Shown piece after piece: positions 8,218-17,217 of a stretch of 30,457 nucleotides of DNA (position 1 is the stretch's first letter; the number at the start of each line of letters is the position of its first letter). The stretch is from an uncultured Actinomycetes bacterium (lineage in GTDB: Bacteria; Actinomycetota; Acidimicrobiia; Spongiisociales; DATADW01). The stretch covers positions 62,001 to 92,457 of the forward strand of contig CAWGRK010000005.1 of NCBI GenBank assembly GCA_963824995.1. The letters are read 5' to 3'. The notes under the pieces were generated by a model. The model saw only the letters and a program-made list of their open reading frames with translations, was not told the DNA's origin and did not search any database. Position numbers and translations under genes: made by a program.

Positions 8218-9528
8218 TCAATGGCCGGGGTTTGCCGCTTCCTCGAGCGCTTCATGCAAGATCTCGAAGCCCTCGTCGGCTTCATCCTCGGTGAGGGAGA
8301 GTGGGGGAGCGATGCGGAGGACGTTGCCGTGGAGGCCGCCTTTCCCGATCAGCAGACCACGTTGCTTGGTTCCCTCCATGACCGCGGCCGCCGCTTCTGC
8401 GTTGGGCTCGCGACCACCAGGATGAATCAACTCGACGCCGATCATGAGACCCTTGCCCCTCACCTCGCCCACGATGGCGACCTCGTCCACCAAAGGATCG
8501 ATCCGGGCGCGCAGGTGGTTCCCCACCTTGTGGGCGTTGGTCTGGAGGTCGTGATCCAGCATGTAGTCGAGGTTTGCCAGCGCCCCGGCCATTACCAACG
8601 GGTTGCCGCCGAACGTCGAGATCGAGTTGGCGCCGATCGAGTCCATCACGTCCGCACTCGCCACGACACCACCGATGGCGAGGCCGTTCCCTGCACCCTT
8701 GGCGAAAGTCATGATGTCGGGGACGACACCGTGGGCCTCGATACCCCAGAAGTTCTCCCCGGTGCGACCCCAGCCGGTTTGTACCTCGTCCGCCACGAGG
8801 AGGATCCCGCTCTCGTCGAGCACCTCCTTCATCGCCCCGAGGAGCCCGTCCGGAGGGGTGGCGAAGCCCCCTACTCCCTGGATTGGCTCGGCGATGAGAC
8901 AGGCGACATCGCCGCTGGTAGCTACTTGGAGCATGTCCCGCAGGTCGGCGACGCAGGCCGCGACGTACTCGGCGTCGGGAAGGTGGCCGAACGGGGAGCG
9001 GTATCGATATCCGCCATGGACATAGGTGACCTGGAGCGGGCTGAAGCTCGAAGACGACCAGGAACGGTTACCCGTGATCGCCATCGAGGAGTAGGACCGC
9101 CCGTGGTAGCTGTTGCGCAGAGCCAGCACCTGGTTGGAATGCCGGAAGGTAGTGGCGAGCAACAGAGCGGTGTCGTTGGCCTCGGTCCCCGAATTGGTGA
9201 AGAACACCTTGGCGTCGGGGATGGGGGAGAGGGCGGCGATCCGCTCCGCAAGCTCGATCTGCTGCTCGATCAGGTAGAGGGTCGAAGTGTGGACCATCCG
9301 CCCCGCCTGATCCCTGACCGCTTTGACAACCTCGGGAACGTTGTACCCCGAGATGGTGGTCAGGATCCCACCGAAGAAGTCGAGGTACTCCCGGCCTTCG
9401 CCGTCACGCACCCGGCGGCCGCCACCATCAACGAGGGCTATCGGCTGCTGGTAGTACAGCGCCAGCCACGAGGGCAATACCTTGCGGTGACGCTCCAGCA
9501 GATCTGCGTGGATGCCCGGTCCGCTCAT
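8218..9528 (-). CDS. Class III PLP aminotransferase (beta-alanine-pyruvate / PydD-like)
   Basis: YLDFFGGI, FTNSGTEAND, SYHGRS, EPIQGVGG, DEVQTGWGRTG, PDIMTFAKG (PLP lysine), STFGGNP; GGAGG RBS. Confidence 0.92.
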   Translation of the reverse strand: MSGPGIHADLLERHRKVLPSWLALYYQQPIALVDGGGRRVRDGEGREYLDFFGGILTTISGYNVPEVVKAVRDQAGRMVHTSTLYLIEQQIELAERIAALSPIPDAKVFFTNSGTEANDTALLLATTFRHSNQVLALRNSYHGRSYSSMAITGNRSWSSSSFSPLQVTYVHGGYRYRSPFGHLPDAEYVAACVADLRDMLQVATSGDVACLIAEPIQGVGGFATPPDGLLGAMKEVLDESGILLVADEVQTGWGRTGENFWGIEAHGVVPDIMTFAKGAGNGLAIGGVVASADVMDSIGANSISTFGGNPLVMAGALANLDYMLDHDLQTNAHKVGNHLRARIDPLVDEVAIVGEVRGKGLMIGVELIHPGGREPNAEAAAAVMEGTKQRGLLIGKGGLHGNVLRIAPPLSLTEDEADEGFEILHEALEEAANPGH

Positions 9529-9602
9529 GATGTGCCTCCTCTCCCGCGAAGTTAGTTCCCCCGGTGTCCGGCTCGGCCTGACCCATTGGCTACGGTGAGC
9601 CT

Positions 9603-9764
9603 ATGGGTTGGATCATCCTCATTGTCGTGGCGGCGCTGGTCGTCTTCGGCGTGGGTTTGTTCTTCACCGCGCTTCGCTGGCTGTTGATCATCGGAGCCGT
9701 ACTGCTGGTGATTGGATTGATCAGCGGATGGCGACAGCGCAGCAGCGGTCCACCGACTTCCTGA
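9603..9764 (+). CDS. Small two-TM membrane protein, 53 aa (below the ORF-track cutoff)
   Basis: MGWIILIVVAALVVFGVGLFFTALRWLLIIGAVLLVIGLISGWRQRSSGPPTS*; fills the intergenic gap; TACGGT lies 6 bp before the ATG (leaderless-type). Confidence 0.75.
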   Translation: MGWIILIVVAALVVFGVGLFFTALRWLLIIGAVLLVIGLISGWRQRSSGPPTS

Positions 9765-9800
9765 CGATCTGAGACTGGAGCTTCAGACTCGAACGCCCTC

Positions 9801-10730
9801 TCAGTCAGTCGCTTGAACGAGGATGCCCCCCGACCCGGTGTCAACGGTGATGGTGCGCTCCGCCGCCGGGTCGTCGACCACTCCCTCAATCGTCTCCGAT
9901 CCGGAGGCGGTGTCGATGTCTACGGCGTAGGTGCCTTCGGGGACCGTGATCTCGACGCTCCCCGACCCGGTCGAGACCTCGACCAGGTTTGGAGCCGAGG
10001 CGAACTCCAGGTCGACTCCGCCCGACCCGGTGGAGGCGGAGATCGAGGTCACGGCCAGTGCGGTGGCGTCGATACTCCCCGACCCGGTATCGGCTGATAC
10101 CTCGCCACCCACACTTTCTAGGTCGACACCACCCGACCCGGTATCGAAGGTGCCCCCTCCGGTAATGCCGTTGACGTCGATGCCACCCGATCCGGTGTCT
10201 ACCTCGAGGGCGACGTCAGCCGGTGCGGTGATCATGTAGTCAGCCCCACAACCACCAATGAGGAACCCTCCGCTCGGGCACCGTACCGACAGAGTCAGCA
10301 CACCGTCCTCGACCTGCTCGATGACCTCGGGGCGCTCGTCGCCGTAGCTGAGAGTGCGCTCCACACGGACGATCTCGCCGCCGGCGCTCACCTCCACCTC
10401 GCCCGAGGGGGTGTCCACCCGGATCCGGCTGATCGGCTCGGCGAATTCTGCTTGCTCGGTGATCGTGGTGGCCGGTCCGAAACCCACCGCCCCACCGGTG
10501 AAGGTGAGCACGGCGGCGACGACCACCCCGGCGATGATCAGCGGCGTGGATCCCTCCTCGAAACGGGCAAGCACCAGCAGGGCGATCCCGATTCCGATCA
10601 GGGCAACGGAGAGCACCATCTCCCATCGGATGTCGACCCCGAGCGCTGACAGGAGCCAGACGACCCCGCCGAGGAGCACCAGCCCGCCGGCGACGAGGGT
10701 GCCCCGCCCGGCTCGGGGTCGATCGGTCAT
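9801..10730 (-). CDS. DUF4097 beta-strand repeat (putative adhesin) protein with N-terminal TM helices
   Basis: Three hydrophobic helices followed by about eight DTGSG/STGSG repeats. Confidence 0.85.
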   Translation of the reverse strand: MTDRPRAGRGTLVAGGLVLLGGVVWLLSALGVDIRWEMVLSVALIGIGIALLVLARFEEGSTPLIIAGVVVAAVLTFTGGAVGFGPATTITEQAEFAEPISRIRVDTPSGEVEVSAGGEIVRVERTLSYGDERPEVIEQVEDGVLTLSVRCPSGGFLIGGCGADYMITAPADVALEVDTGSGGIDVNGITGGGTFDTGSGGVDLESVGGEVSADTGSGSIDATALAVTSISASTGSGGVDLEFASAPNLVEVSTGSGSVEITVPEGTYAVDIDTASGSETIEGVVDDPAAERTITVDTGSGGILVQATD

Positions 10731-10733
10731 CCT

Positions 10734-11576
10734 CTAGGGGGCCACCAGGTCGCCGTAGGCATCCGGGCGGCGGTCTCGGTAGAACGCCCAAGTGGTCCGG
10801 ACCTGGTCGACCATGTCGAGATCGAGGTCTCGCACCAGGAGTTCCTCGTCGGTGTCCGAGGCGGGATTGTCGATGACCTGGCCGCGAGGGTCACAGAAAT
10901 ACGAGGACCCGTAGAAGTCGTTGTCACCGAACGGCTCGGTGCCGACCCGGTTGATGGCGGCGACGAAATACTCGTTGGCGACGGCGGCAGCGGGCTGTTC
11001 GAGATTCCACAGGTACATCGATAGCCCCCTGCTGGTGGCAGAAGGGTTGAACACGATCTTGGCGCCTTTGAGCCCGAGAGCCCGCCAGCCCTCGGGGAAG
11101 TGGCGGTCGTAGCAGACATAGACGCCGATCCGACCGACAGCCGTGTCGAAAATGGGATAACCGAGGTTGCCGGGACGGAAGTAGTACTTCTCGAAGAACC
11201 CCTTGACGTGCGGTATGTGGGTTTTGCGGTACTTCCCGAGGTAGGTGCCGTCGGCGTCGATCACCGCCGCCGTGTTGTAGAAGAACCCGGCATCCTCCTC
11301 CTCGAAGATCGGGATGACCAACACCATCCCGGATTCTTTGGCAAGGTCCTGCATCAGCTTGGTGGTGGGACCGTCGGGTATCGGCTCGGCGTACCCGAAG
11401 TGGGCATCATCCTGCACCTGGCAGAAGTAGGGACTGGAGAACAACTCCTGAAAGCACATGACCCGGGCGCCCTGGTTGGCGGCGTCGCGGGCATACTTGA
11501 CCGCCTTCTCGATCATCGAGTCCTTGTCGCCGGTCCATTCGGTCTGCACCACTGCGGCGCGCACGACACTGGCCAT
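10734..11576 (-). CDS. Nitrilase-family carbon-nitrogen hydrolase (beta-ureidopropionase-like)
   Basis: Catalytic triad motifs CFQEL, YRKTHIP and CYDRHFPE; FFEKYYFRPG; C-terminal FYRDRRPDAY. Confidence 0.9.
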   Translation of the reverse strand: MASVVRAAVVQTEWTGDKDSMIEKAVKYARDAANQGARVMCFQELFSSPYFCQVQDDAHFGYAEPIPDGPTTKLMQDLAKESGMVLVIPIFEEEDAGFFYNTAAVIDADGTYLGKYRKTHIPHVKGFFEKYYFRPGNLGYPIFDTAVGRIGVYVCYDRHFPEGWRALGLKGAKIVFNPSATSRGLSMYLWNLEQPAAAVANEYFVAAINRVGTEPFGDNDFYGSSYFCDPRGQVIDNPASDTDEELLVRDLDLDMVDQVRTTWAFYRDRRPDAYGDLVAP

Positions 11577-11631
11577 GCTCGATCTCCTATTTCCTATCTG
11601 GCGACCCTACTCAGTCCAAGGCATGGCGGGC

Positions 11632-12213
11632 TCACTCCGCCGAGGCTTGGGTCGACCTTCCGAAGAGCCGGCGGAAGAACCTGCTGATAGAAGCGAAGAG
11701 CGAGGAAAAGAAGAGCGAGATCCCCTTGACGTCGGGGGCGCTGACCTCGGCTGCGGCTGCCGCGGAGGGTGCCGCCAGCTTGCCTTCCAGGCAGTTGACG
11801 AAATCCCCGATGAGCCGCTGCGACATCTCGCTTATCAGCCCGGTACGCCCGAACTGCGCCGCCGCTCCCGAGAGTTGGACGTCTGCGTCGATGGCCACTG
11901 CGGTCCCACCGTCCTTCTCGGCCAACCTGTAGTCGACCGTCACCTGTCCACGGCTTCCGCCGCGACGGTCGACGCCCTTTCCCTTGATCGATGCCGTCCG
12001 ATTGGCCTCGTCGGGGGTGACGGTGGCCTCCCCTTCGAAGGTGGCGGTGAGCGGCCCCAGCTTGACTCCGAGCTTGCCGCCGTAGACACCGTCGCCCTTG
12101 TCTTCGGTCAACTCCGCCCCGGGCAGACACTGCGCCACGGAGGGGACGTCCTGGAAGAAATCCCACACCTGATCGATCGGTCGCGGGACCTCGAATTCGT
12201 GGGCGATCTTCAC
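11632..12213 (-). CDS. coxG: CoxG/SRPBCC family protein
   Basis: VAQCLPGAEL, VKLGPL, LSGAAAQFGRTGLI; C-terminal amphipathic anchor. Confidence 0.85.
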   Translation of the reverse strand: MKIAHEFEVPRPIDQVWDFFQDVPSVAQCLPGAELTEDKGDGVYGGKLGVKLGPLTATFEGEATVTPDEANRTASIKGKGVDRRGGSRGQVTVDYRLAEKDGGTAVAIDADVQLSGAAAQFGRTGLISEMSQRLIGDFVNCLEGKLAAPSAAAAAEVSAPDVKGISLFFSSLFASISRFFRRLFGRSTQASAE

Positions 12214-12283
12214 GGGATGCTCCTGGCGAATGGTGCTGGCCGCACCCTACAGCCTCGGGTTGTATCCCGCCCTCCGGGCCGTA

Positions 12284-12574
12284 TCAGGCCGAGGCGTAGC
12301 CCTGGATCTTGGAGCGGTTGCCGTACGCGCCACCGGTCCAACTGACGATATCGGCGAGGATGGCAAGTCCCAACCAGAACCAGTCGAGGGGGGTGATGCC
12401 TGCCGGCCTCACCGCCACGTACATGAGCGTGGTCCAGGGCGCGAGTATGAAGCCGACGAGGGGCCAGATGAATGTGTCAAAGGCAGCCGACCACCGTGCC
12501 GGTTGGAGGAGGCCCCAGATGAGGATGGCGAAGCGTGGACCGAGGAAGACGAGAACGGTGAAGACACAACACAT
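12284..12574 (-). CDS. Small conserved-looking membrane protein (96 aa)
   Basis: MCCVFTVLVFLGPRFAILIW...WPLVGFILAPWTTLMYV...; three TM segments; start set at ATG 12574. Confidence 0.7.
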   Translation of the reverse strand: MCCVFTVLVFLGPRFAILIWGLLQPARWSAAFDTFIWPLVGFILAPWTTLMYVAVRPAGITPLDWFWLGLAILADIVSWTGGAYGNRSKIQGYASA

Positions 12575-12642
12575 GCCACTGATGTCTAGTCGGTGCGACC
12601 CGATCGATGTCGGCAATAGGGGTTGAGTGGAATGTGGGCACG

Positions 12643-13587
12643 ATGACTGCAGCGGTCGAACCGGGTACTCCGAAAGGTGACATGGTGTGGATTCCAGGGG
12701 GGGAGTTCACCATGGGCTCCGACAGTCACTATCCGGAGGAGCGGCCAGCGAGGCGCGTGCTGGTCGACGGGTTCTGGATCGACCGGTTCCAGGTGACCAA
12801 CGACGACTTCGCCTCCTTCGTCGCCGACACCGGTCACGTCACCGTCGCCGAGCGCGTCCCCGACGCCGCCGACTATCCAGGCGCAATCCCCGACATGCTG
12901 GTTGCTGCATCGATGGTCTTCGTCAACCCGGGCCGCAAGGTTGATCTGCGCAATCACTACAACTGGTGGTCATGGATCCCGGCAACCGATTGGCGCCACC
13001 CCCAAGGTCCGGATAGCGACATAGAGGGCAAGGGAGACCATCCCGTGGTCCACGTCGGCTGGGACGACGTGATTGCCTACGCAGCCTGGGTGGGGAAGGA
13101 GCTCCCAACCGAAGCGGAGTGGGAGTTTGCCTGCCGGGGAGGCCTCGATGGCGCCGAGTACGCCTGGGGTGATGAACTCAACCCCGACGGTCGGTGGATG
13201 GCCAACACCTGGCAAGGGGACTTCCCGGTCGTCAATGAGCGGCTCGACGGGTTCGAGGGCACGGCTCCGGTGGGATCGTTCCCCGCAAATGGTCACGGCT
13301 TGTTCGACATGACAGGAAACGTCTGGGAGTGGACGGCGGACTGGTATCAGGCGAGGCGCGAACCGGATGCGAGCTGCTGCGTGCCCCGCAACCCAAGAGG
13401 CGGGGATGTGGAGCGAAGCCACGACCCCGATTTACCCGACATCCCGATCCCACGAAAGGTGATCAAAGGGGGCTCGCATCTCTGTGCCCCCAACTACTGC
13501 AGGCGCTATCGACCGGCAGCTCGCATGGCACAGGCAGTAGACACCTCGACCAGCCATCTTGGCTTCCGGCTGATTACACGGGCCTGA
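12643..13587 (+). CDS. Formylglycine-generating enzyme (FGE/SUMF1 family)
   Basis: FTMGSD..YPEE.P, HPVVHV, LPTEAEWEFACRGG, DMTGNVWEW, active-site GGSHLCAPNYCRRYRPAAR, HLGFR. Confidence 0.93.
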   Translation: MTAAVEPGTPKGDMVWIPGGEFTMGSDSHYPEERPARRVLVDGFWIDRFQVTNDDFASFVADTGHVTVAERVPDAADYPGAIPDMLVAASMVFVNPGRKVDLRNHYNWWSWIPATDWRHPQGPDSDIEGKGDHPVVHVGWDDVIAYAAWVGKELPTEAEWEFACRGGLDGAEYAWGDELNPDGRWMANTWQGDFPVVNERLDGFEGTAPVGSFPANGHGLFDMTGNVWEWTADWYQARREPDASCCVPRNPRGGDVERSHDPDLPDIPIPRKVIKGGSHLCAPNYCRRYRPAARMAQAVDTSTSHLGFRLITRA

Positions 13588-13726
13588 GTCGGAAGCCGGA
13601 AGGCAGCGGCCTGGATGACCGGGGTGATGGATTCGTTGCGCCGGTTGCGGTTGAATGATGACCCAGCGAGCCGTCACACGGACCTGTGTCGACGCGAAGT
13701 CGCAGTCACTACAAGTGGGAGGACCC

Positions 13727-14143
13727 ATGACCGAAGACCCGTACACCGAGTACCGAGAGCCCAGTCCGGGCGCCGCAGGACTGATCATCTTCGCCGGAAC
13801 GATCATGATCATGATCGGGGTTTTTCACGCCATCTCAGGTTTCGTAGCTCTCATACAGAGCGACTTCTACGTGGTTGCTCCAAACCACGTCTTCGAATTC
13901 GATACGACGACCTGGGGATGGATCCACCTGCTCGCTGGCGTTCTCGTGGCGTTCGCCGGATTCGGCGTGCTCGCCGGGCAGACATGGGCGCGCGTGGTGG
14001 GGATCGTGTTGGCGACGCTCAGTGCCATTGCCAACTTTCTGTTCATCCCCTACTACCCGATCTGGTCCATCCTGATCATCGCCCTGGACGTCTTTGTCAT
14101 CTGGGCACTGGCGGTGCACGGCCGCGAACTAGCTGAAGTCTGA
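13727..14143 (+). CDS. Four-TM actinobacterial membrane protein (DUF7144-like)
   Basis: WGWIHLL, WARVVGI, FLFIPYYPIWS motifs; GGAGG RBS before ATG 13727. Confidence 0.8.
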   Translation: MTEDPYTEYREPSPGAAGLIIFAGTIMIMIGVFHAISGFVALIQSDFYVVAPNHVFEFDTTTWGWIHLLAGVLVAFAGFGVLAGQTWARVVGIVLATLSAIANFLFIPYYPIWSILIIALDVFVIWALAVHGRELAEV

Positions 14144-14158
14144 ATTTCCCGCAGTCAT

Positions 14159-14184
14159 GGAGGGCCGGGAGGTGCCGGCCCTCC
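14159..14184. terminator. GC-rich hairpin, likely terminator or stabilising stem
   Basis: GGAGGGCCGG-gaggtg-CCGGCCCTCC, a perfect 10-bp stem 15 bp after the stop codon; no U-tract. Confidence 0.55.
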
Positions 14185-14224
14185 GCGGTAGCATCGTCCG
14201 CCCGCACCCTCTTGGAGGCGCCCG

Positions 14225-15463
14225 GTGAACGACCCCGACGGGCACGGTATCCAGCCGGCCGAGCGCCACTCCACCAGGCTCCTGATCTTCGTCGGTTTGG
14301 TCCTGGTCGGGATCCTCGGCCTGATTCTGGCTCGCGGCGTGCTGGTGACGGTGATCGTCGCCTCTCTGGTCGCATTCCTGCTGGCCCCGACTGTCAAATG
14401 GCTGGACCGCTACATGCCACGTTGGCTTGCGATCCTCCTCGCCTACCTGCTTTTCGTGGCCGGGGTCATCTTCTTGTTCTTCGTGGTTCCGGTCCTCTTT
14501 GTCGGATCGATCGACGAAATCGATCTCACCGCGATCTCAGACTCGATCGACGATTGGGTGATCGATTTCCTCACAGATATCAGCAGCATCACCATTTTCG
14601 GCTTCACCGTTGACCTGACTTCGATCACGCAACCGATGATCGACGCCATCCAGGTCTCATCCCCGCCGGCCCTGGCGCTGACCGCCGACCAGGTGGGCGC
14701 CCTCCTGTTCGGAGCGCTGGAGGCGACGGCCGGTCTGTTCGGCGTGGTCGTATCGATTCTGAGCTTTGTGATCTTCACACTCCTCATCGCCCTCTACCTC
14801 AGCGGTAGCGGCGCCCGGTTCGCACACGGGATGCTCGAGTTGTTTCCGGCCAAGCACCGAGTCGAGGCCGCCGCACTGGGGCGGAGGTTCTCCGGGGTGT
14901 GGAACGACTACATCAGAGGCGAGTTGACCCTCATGGTGATCATGGGTGTGACGACAGGGATCGCCGTGTGGCTCATTGGCGTCCCCGGTGCATTCGTGCT
15001 CGGATTGATTGCCGGACTGCTCGAGGTCATCCCCACGTTCGGGCCGATCTTCGCCACTATCCCGGCTGTGTTGGTGGCACTCGTACAGGGGTCGATCCGA
15101 TTCCCCGATATGAACAACGTCCTCTTCGGGGTGTTGGTGATCGTTGTCTACGTGCTCCTGCAACAACTGGAGAGCCAACTCGTCTCGCCGAGGGTGCTTG
15201 GAGGTTCGGTCCAGATCCCTGCACTCGTCGTGTTGCTGGCGATCACGGTCGGGTTCTCGGTGGCGGGCGTCCTGGGCGCCATCCTCGCCGTGCCCACTGT
15301 CGCCTCGGCTCGCATGTTCGGCGCTTACGCGTGGGCCAAGGCCACGGGCGTCGATGTTTCTGCGACTAACGCCGAGCGGGCCCCGCCAATCGAGGATGGG
15401 CCCGACGTCGTCATGACCGGCACTTCCGCACCTACCGGCGATTGGTCGCCTCCCCCGCCGTGA
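14225..15463 (+). CDS. AI-2E family transporter
   Basis: AFLLAP, DYIRGEL, LEVIPTFGP, QQLESQLVSPRVLG, GVLGAILAVP. Confidence 0.9.
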   Translation: MNDPDGHGIQPAERHSTRLLIFVGLVLVGILGLILARGVLVTVIVASLVAFLLAPTVKWLDRYMPRWLAILLAYLLFVAGVIFLFFVVPVLFVGSIDEIDLTAISDSIDDWVIDFLTDISSITIFGFTVDLTSITQPMIDAIQVSSPPALALTADQVGALLFGALEATAGLFGVVVSILSFVIFTLLIALYLSGSGARFAHGMLELFPAKHRVEAAALGRRFSGVWNDYIRGELTLMVIMGVTTGIAVWLIGVPGAFVLGLIAGLLEVIPTFGPIFATIPAVLVALVQGSIRFPDMNNVLFGVLVIVVYVLLQQLESQLVSPRVLGGSVQIPALVVLLAITVGFSVAGVLGAILAVPTVASARMFGAYAWAKATGVDVSATNAERAPPIEDGPDVVMTGTSAPTGDWSPPPP

Positions 15464-16410
15464 GCCGACCCGAGACCCGAGAACCGCCCGCCGAGGGCGA
15501 CGGCTTGATCTCCCGGGTGAAGACAACGACCGACCTAGCACGCCAGCGTGCGCTCGAGACGCTCGAGCGCGAGCGGATCCGCAACCCGGTGGTGAGAGTC
15601 GCCTACCAGTCATATGAACGCGACAAACGGTTCGCTGGAGGAGTTCTCGCCGGCGGCCTCTCCTATCGCTTGTTCCTGTTTCTGCTCCCCTTCTCTCTCT
15701 TCTTTGTCACTGCACTCGGCGCCGTCGTGGACGGCTTGGAAGGAGAGCTATCCGACGTGGCTCAACACGCCGGGCTGAGTGCTTCGCTGGCGGCGAGCGT
15801 CGGCGCCGCGGTGAACACCTCCGACCGTGGCCTATTTCTCATTCTGGGAACTGCCATAGTGCTGACCCTTGCCTCCGGCATCGGCGTGATTAAGACGATG
15901 CGTCTCATAAGTGCCATTGCTTGGCAGGTGGACCCAGGCCGTATGCCCCGCCGGTTTTTCGCATCGGCGATTCTCGCCGGCGCACTCATCGTGCTCATGA
16001 CGGTGCGCGCCCTGCTCCTCCAGATTTCGGCCGGTCCACTGACAGAGACCATCCTCATCGCCGTCGAACTGTTGATAGTGGTCGTCGCGGTCGTCGTGGC
16101 CTTTCGGTTTCTTCCCAGGGCACATGCGACGGGATGGCCCCACCTGATCCCGGGCGCGCTCTTGGTTGCCCTGGGCTTCGGCATCCTTCGCATCGTCACC
16201 ATCGTGTGGTTCTCCAACCGGCTCGACCGGGTGGACGACCTGTATGGAGCGTTGGGTGTTGCGACGGTGTTCCTCGCCTGGCTGTTCATCATCGCCCGCC
16301 TTCTGGTGGCCGCGATCTCGCTCAACGCCACCCTCTGGCATGGTCGACAACTTCACAGCACCGGAGGCGCCCCAAGCGGTGAAATATCTGCGGACCCTGA
16401 GCGGGACTAG
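15460..16410 (+). CDS. YihY/virulence factor BrkB family membrane protein
   Basis: LAGGLSYRLFLFLLP, PGALL, LYGALG..VFLAWL; GTGA overlap with the upstream stop. Confidence 0.8.
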   Translation: MSRPETREPPAEGDGLISRVKTTTDLARQRALETLERERIRNPVVRVAYQSYERDKRFAGGVLAGGLSYRLFLFLLPFSLFFVTALGAVVDGLEGELSDVAQHAGLSASLAASVGAAVNTSDRGLFLILGTAIVLTLASGIGVIKTMRLISAIAWQVDPGRMPRRFFASAILAGALIVLMTVRALLLQISAGPLTETILIAVELLIVVVAVVVAFRFLPRAHATGWPHLIPGALLVALGFGILRIVTIVWFSNRLDRVDDLYGALGVATVFLAWLFIIARLLVAAISLNATLWHGRQLHSTGGAPSGEISADPERD

Positions 16411-16446
16411 GACGTCGATGGGCTGTCGGTCGATACCGGCAGGGAG

Positions 16447-17187
16447 GTGACGGTGCTGGAGGCGTTCCTCATCGGGGCGTTGGCTGCCGCCACGCTCGTA
16501 ATAGGTGGGCTGGTGGTTTTCGTCCACAAACCAGCGGAACGCACCTTGGGTTTGGTGATGGCATTTGGGGCGGGAGTGCTGGTGAGCGCGGTGGCTTTCG
16601 AATTGGTCGAGGAGGCCACGGAACTGGCAGAGGGAGCAGGCCCGGCCTTCATCGGGCTCTTCGCTGGTGCGGCGGTTTTCACGATCGGCGATGCTTGGTT
16701 GACCCGTTCAGGGGCCGGTAAGCGCAAGGACATACGTGGCGCCCCGATTGACGCCTCCGGCCCGGCGATCGTCCTCGGTGCGGTGCTCGACGGGGTCCCG
16801 GAGTCGGCTGTGCTCGGGTTGACCCTTCTCCAGACGGGCAACGTGTCGATCTCGATGCTGGTGGCGGTGCTGGTCTCCAACCTCCCCGAAGCGATCGCTG
16901 CGTCGAGCAGCCTCGAGTCCTCGGGTTGGAGCCGGCTGCGGATCACAGGTATGTGGTCGGCGATTGCGGTGATCTCCGGGCTTTCCTCGGCGGCCGGCTT
17001 CGTGCTACTCGATGGTGCATCGGCCGAGACCCTCGCCTTTGTCCTCACCTTCGCCGGGGGTGCGATCCTCACCATGCTGGCGACGACGATGATGCCGGAG
17101 GCCTTTGAGCACGCAGGGGAATGGGCGGGTCCGGCGACGGTGCTCGGGTTTGCCGTGGCCTATGGCATCGGCTTGGTCGCCGGGTGA
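16447..17187 (+). CDS. ZIP (ZupT-like) family metal transporter
   Basis: MAFGAGVLVSAVAFELVEEA, LDGVPES, SNLPEA, GAILTMLATTMMPEAFE. Confidence 0.88.
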   Translation: MTVLEAFLIGALAAATLVIGGLVVFVHKPAERTLGLVMAFGAGVLVSAVAFELVEEATELAEGAGPAFIGLFAGAAVFTIGDAWLTRSGAGKRKDIRGAPIDASGPAIVLGAVLDGVPESAVLGLTLLQTGNVSISMLVAVLVSNLPEAIAASSSLESSGWSRLRITGMWSAIAVISGLSSAAGFVLLDGASAETLAFVLTFAGGAILTMLATTMMPEAFEHAGEWAGPATVLGFAVAYGIGLVAG

Positions 17188-17217
17188 CCTGCACTGCCCA
17201 CGTCTAGGGTCGGAAAC

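Noticed and set aside
8221..9555. 444-aa plus-strand ORF and similar long antisense ORFs (e.g. 2759-3925, 17005-18099, 27834-28838)
   Set aside because: Shadow ORFs expected opposite real genes in high-GC DNA; no recognisable motifs.
9829..10200. Regularly spaced CCCGACCCGGT repeats (about 54-66 bp apart) resembling a CRISPR array
   Set aside because: They encode the DTGSG/STGSG repeats of the DUF4097 protein; the repeat is only about 11 bp, stays in frame, and no cas genes are present.
13605..13726. Possible regulatory palindrome or small RNA between FGE and the DUF7144-like gene
   Set aside because: Only partial GGATGA/GGGTGA half-sites; no convincing dyad or known RNA motif.
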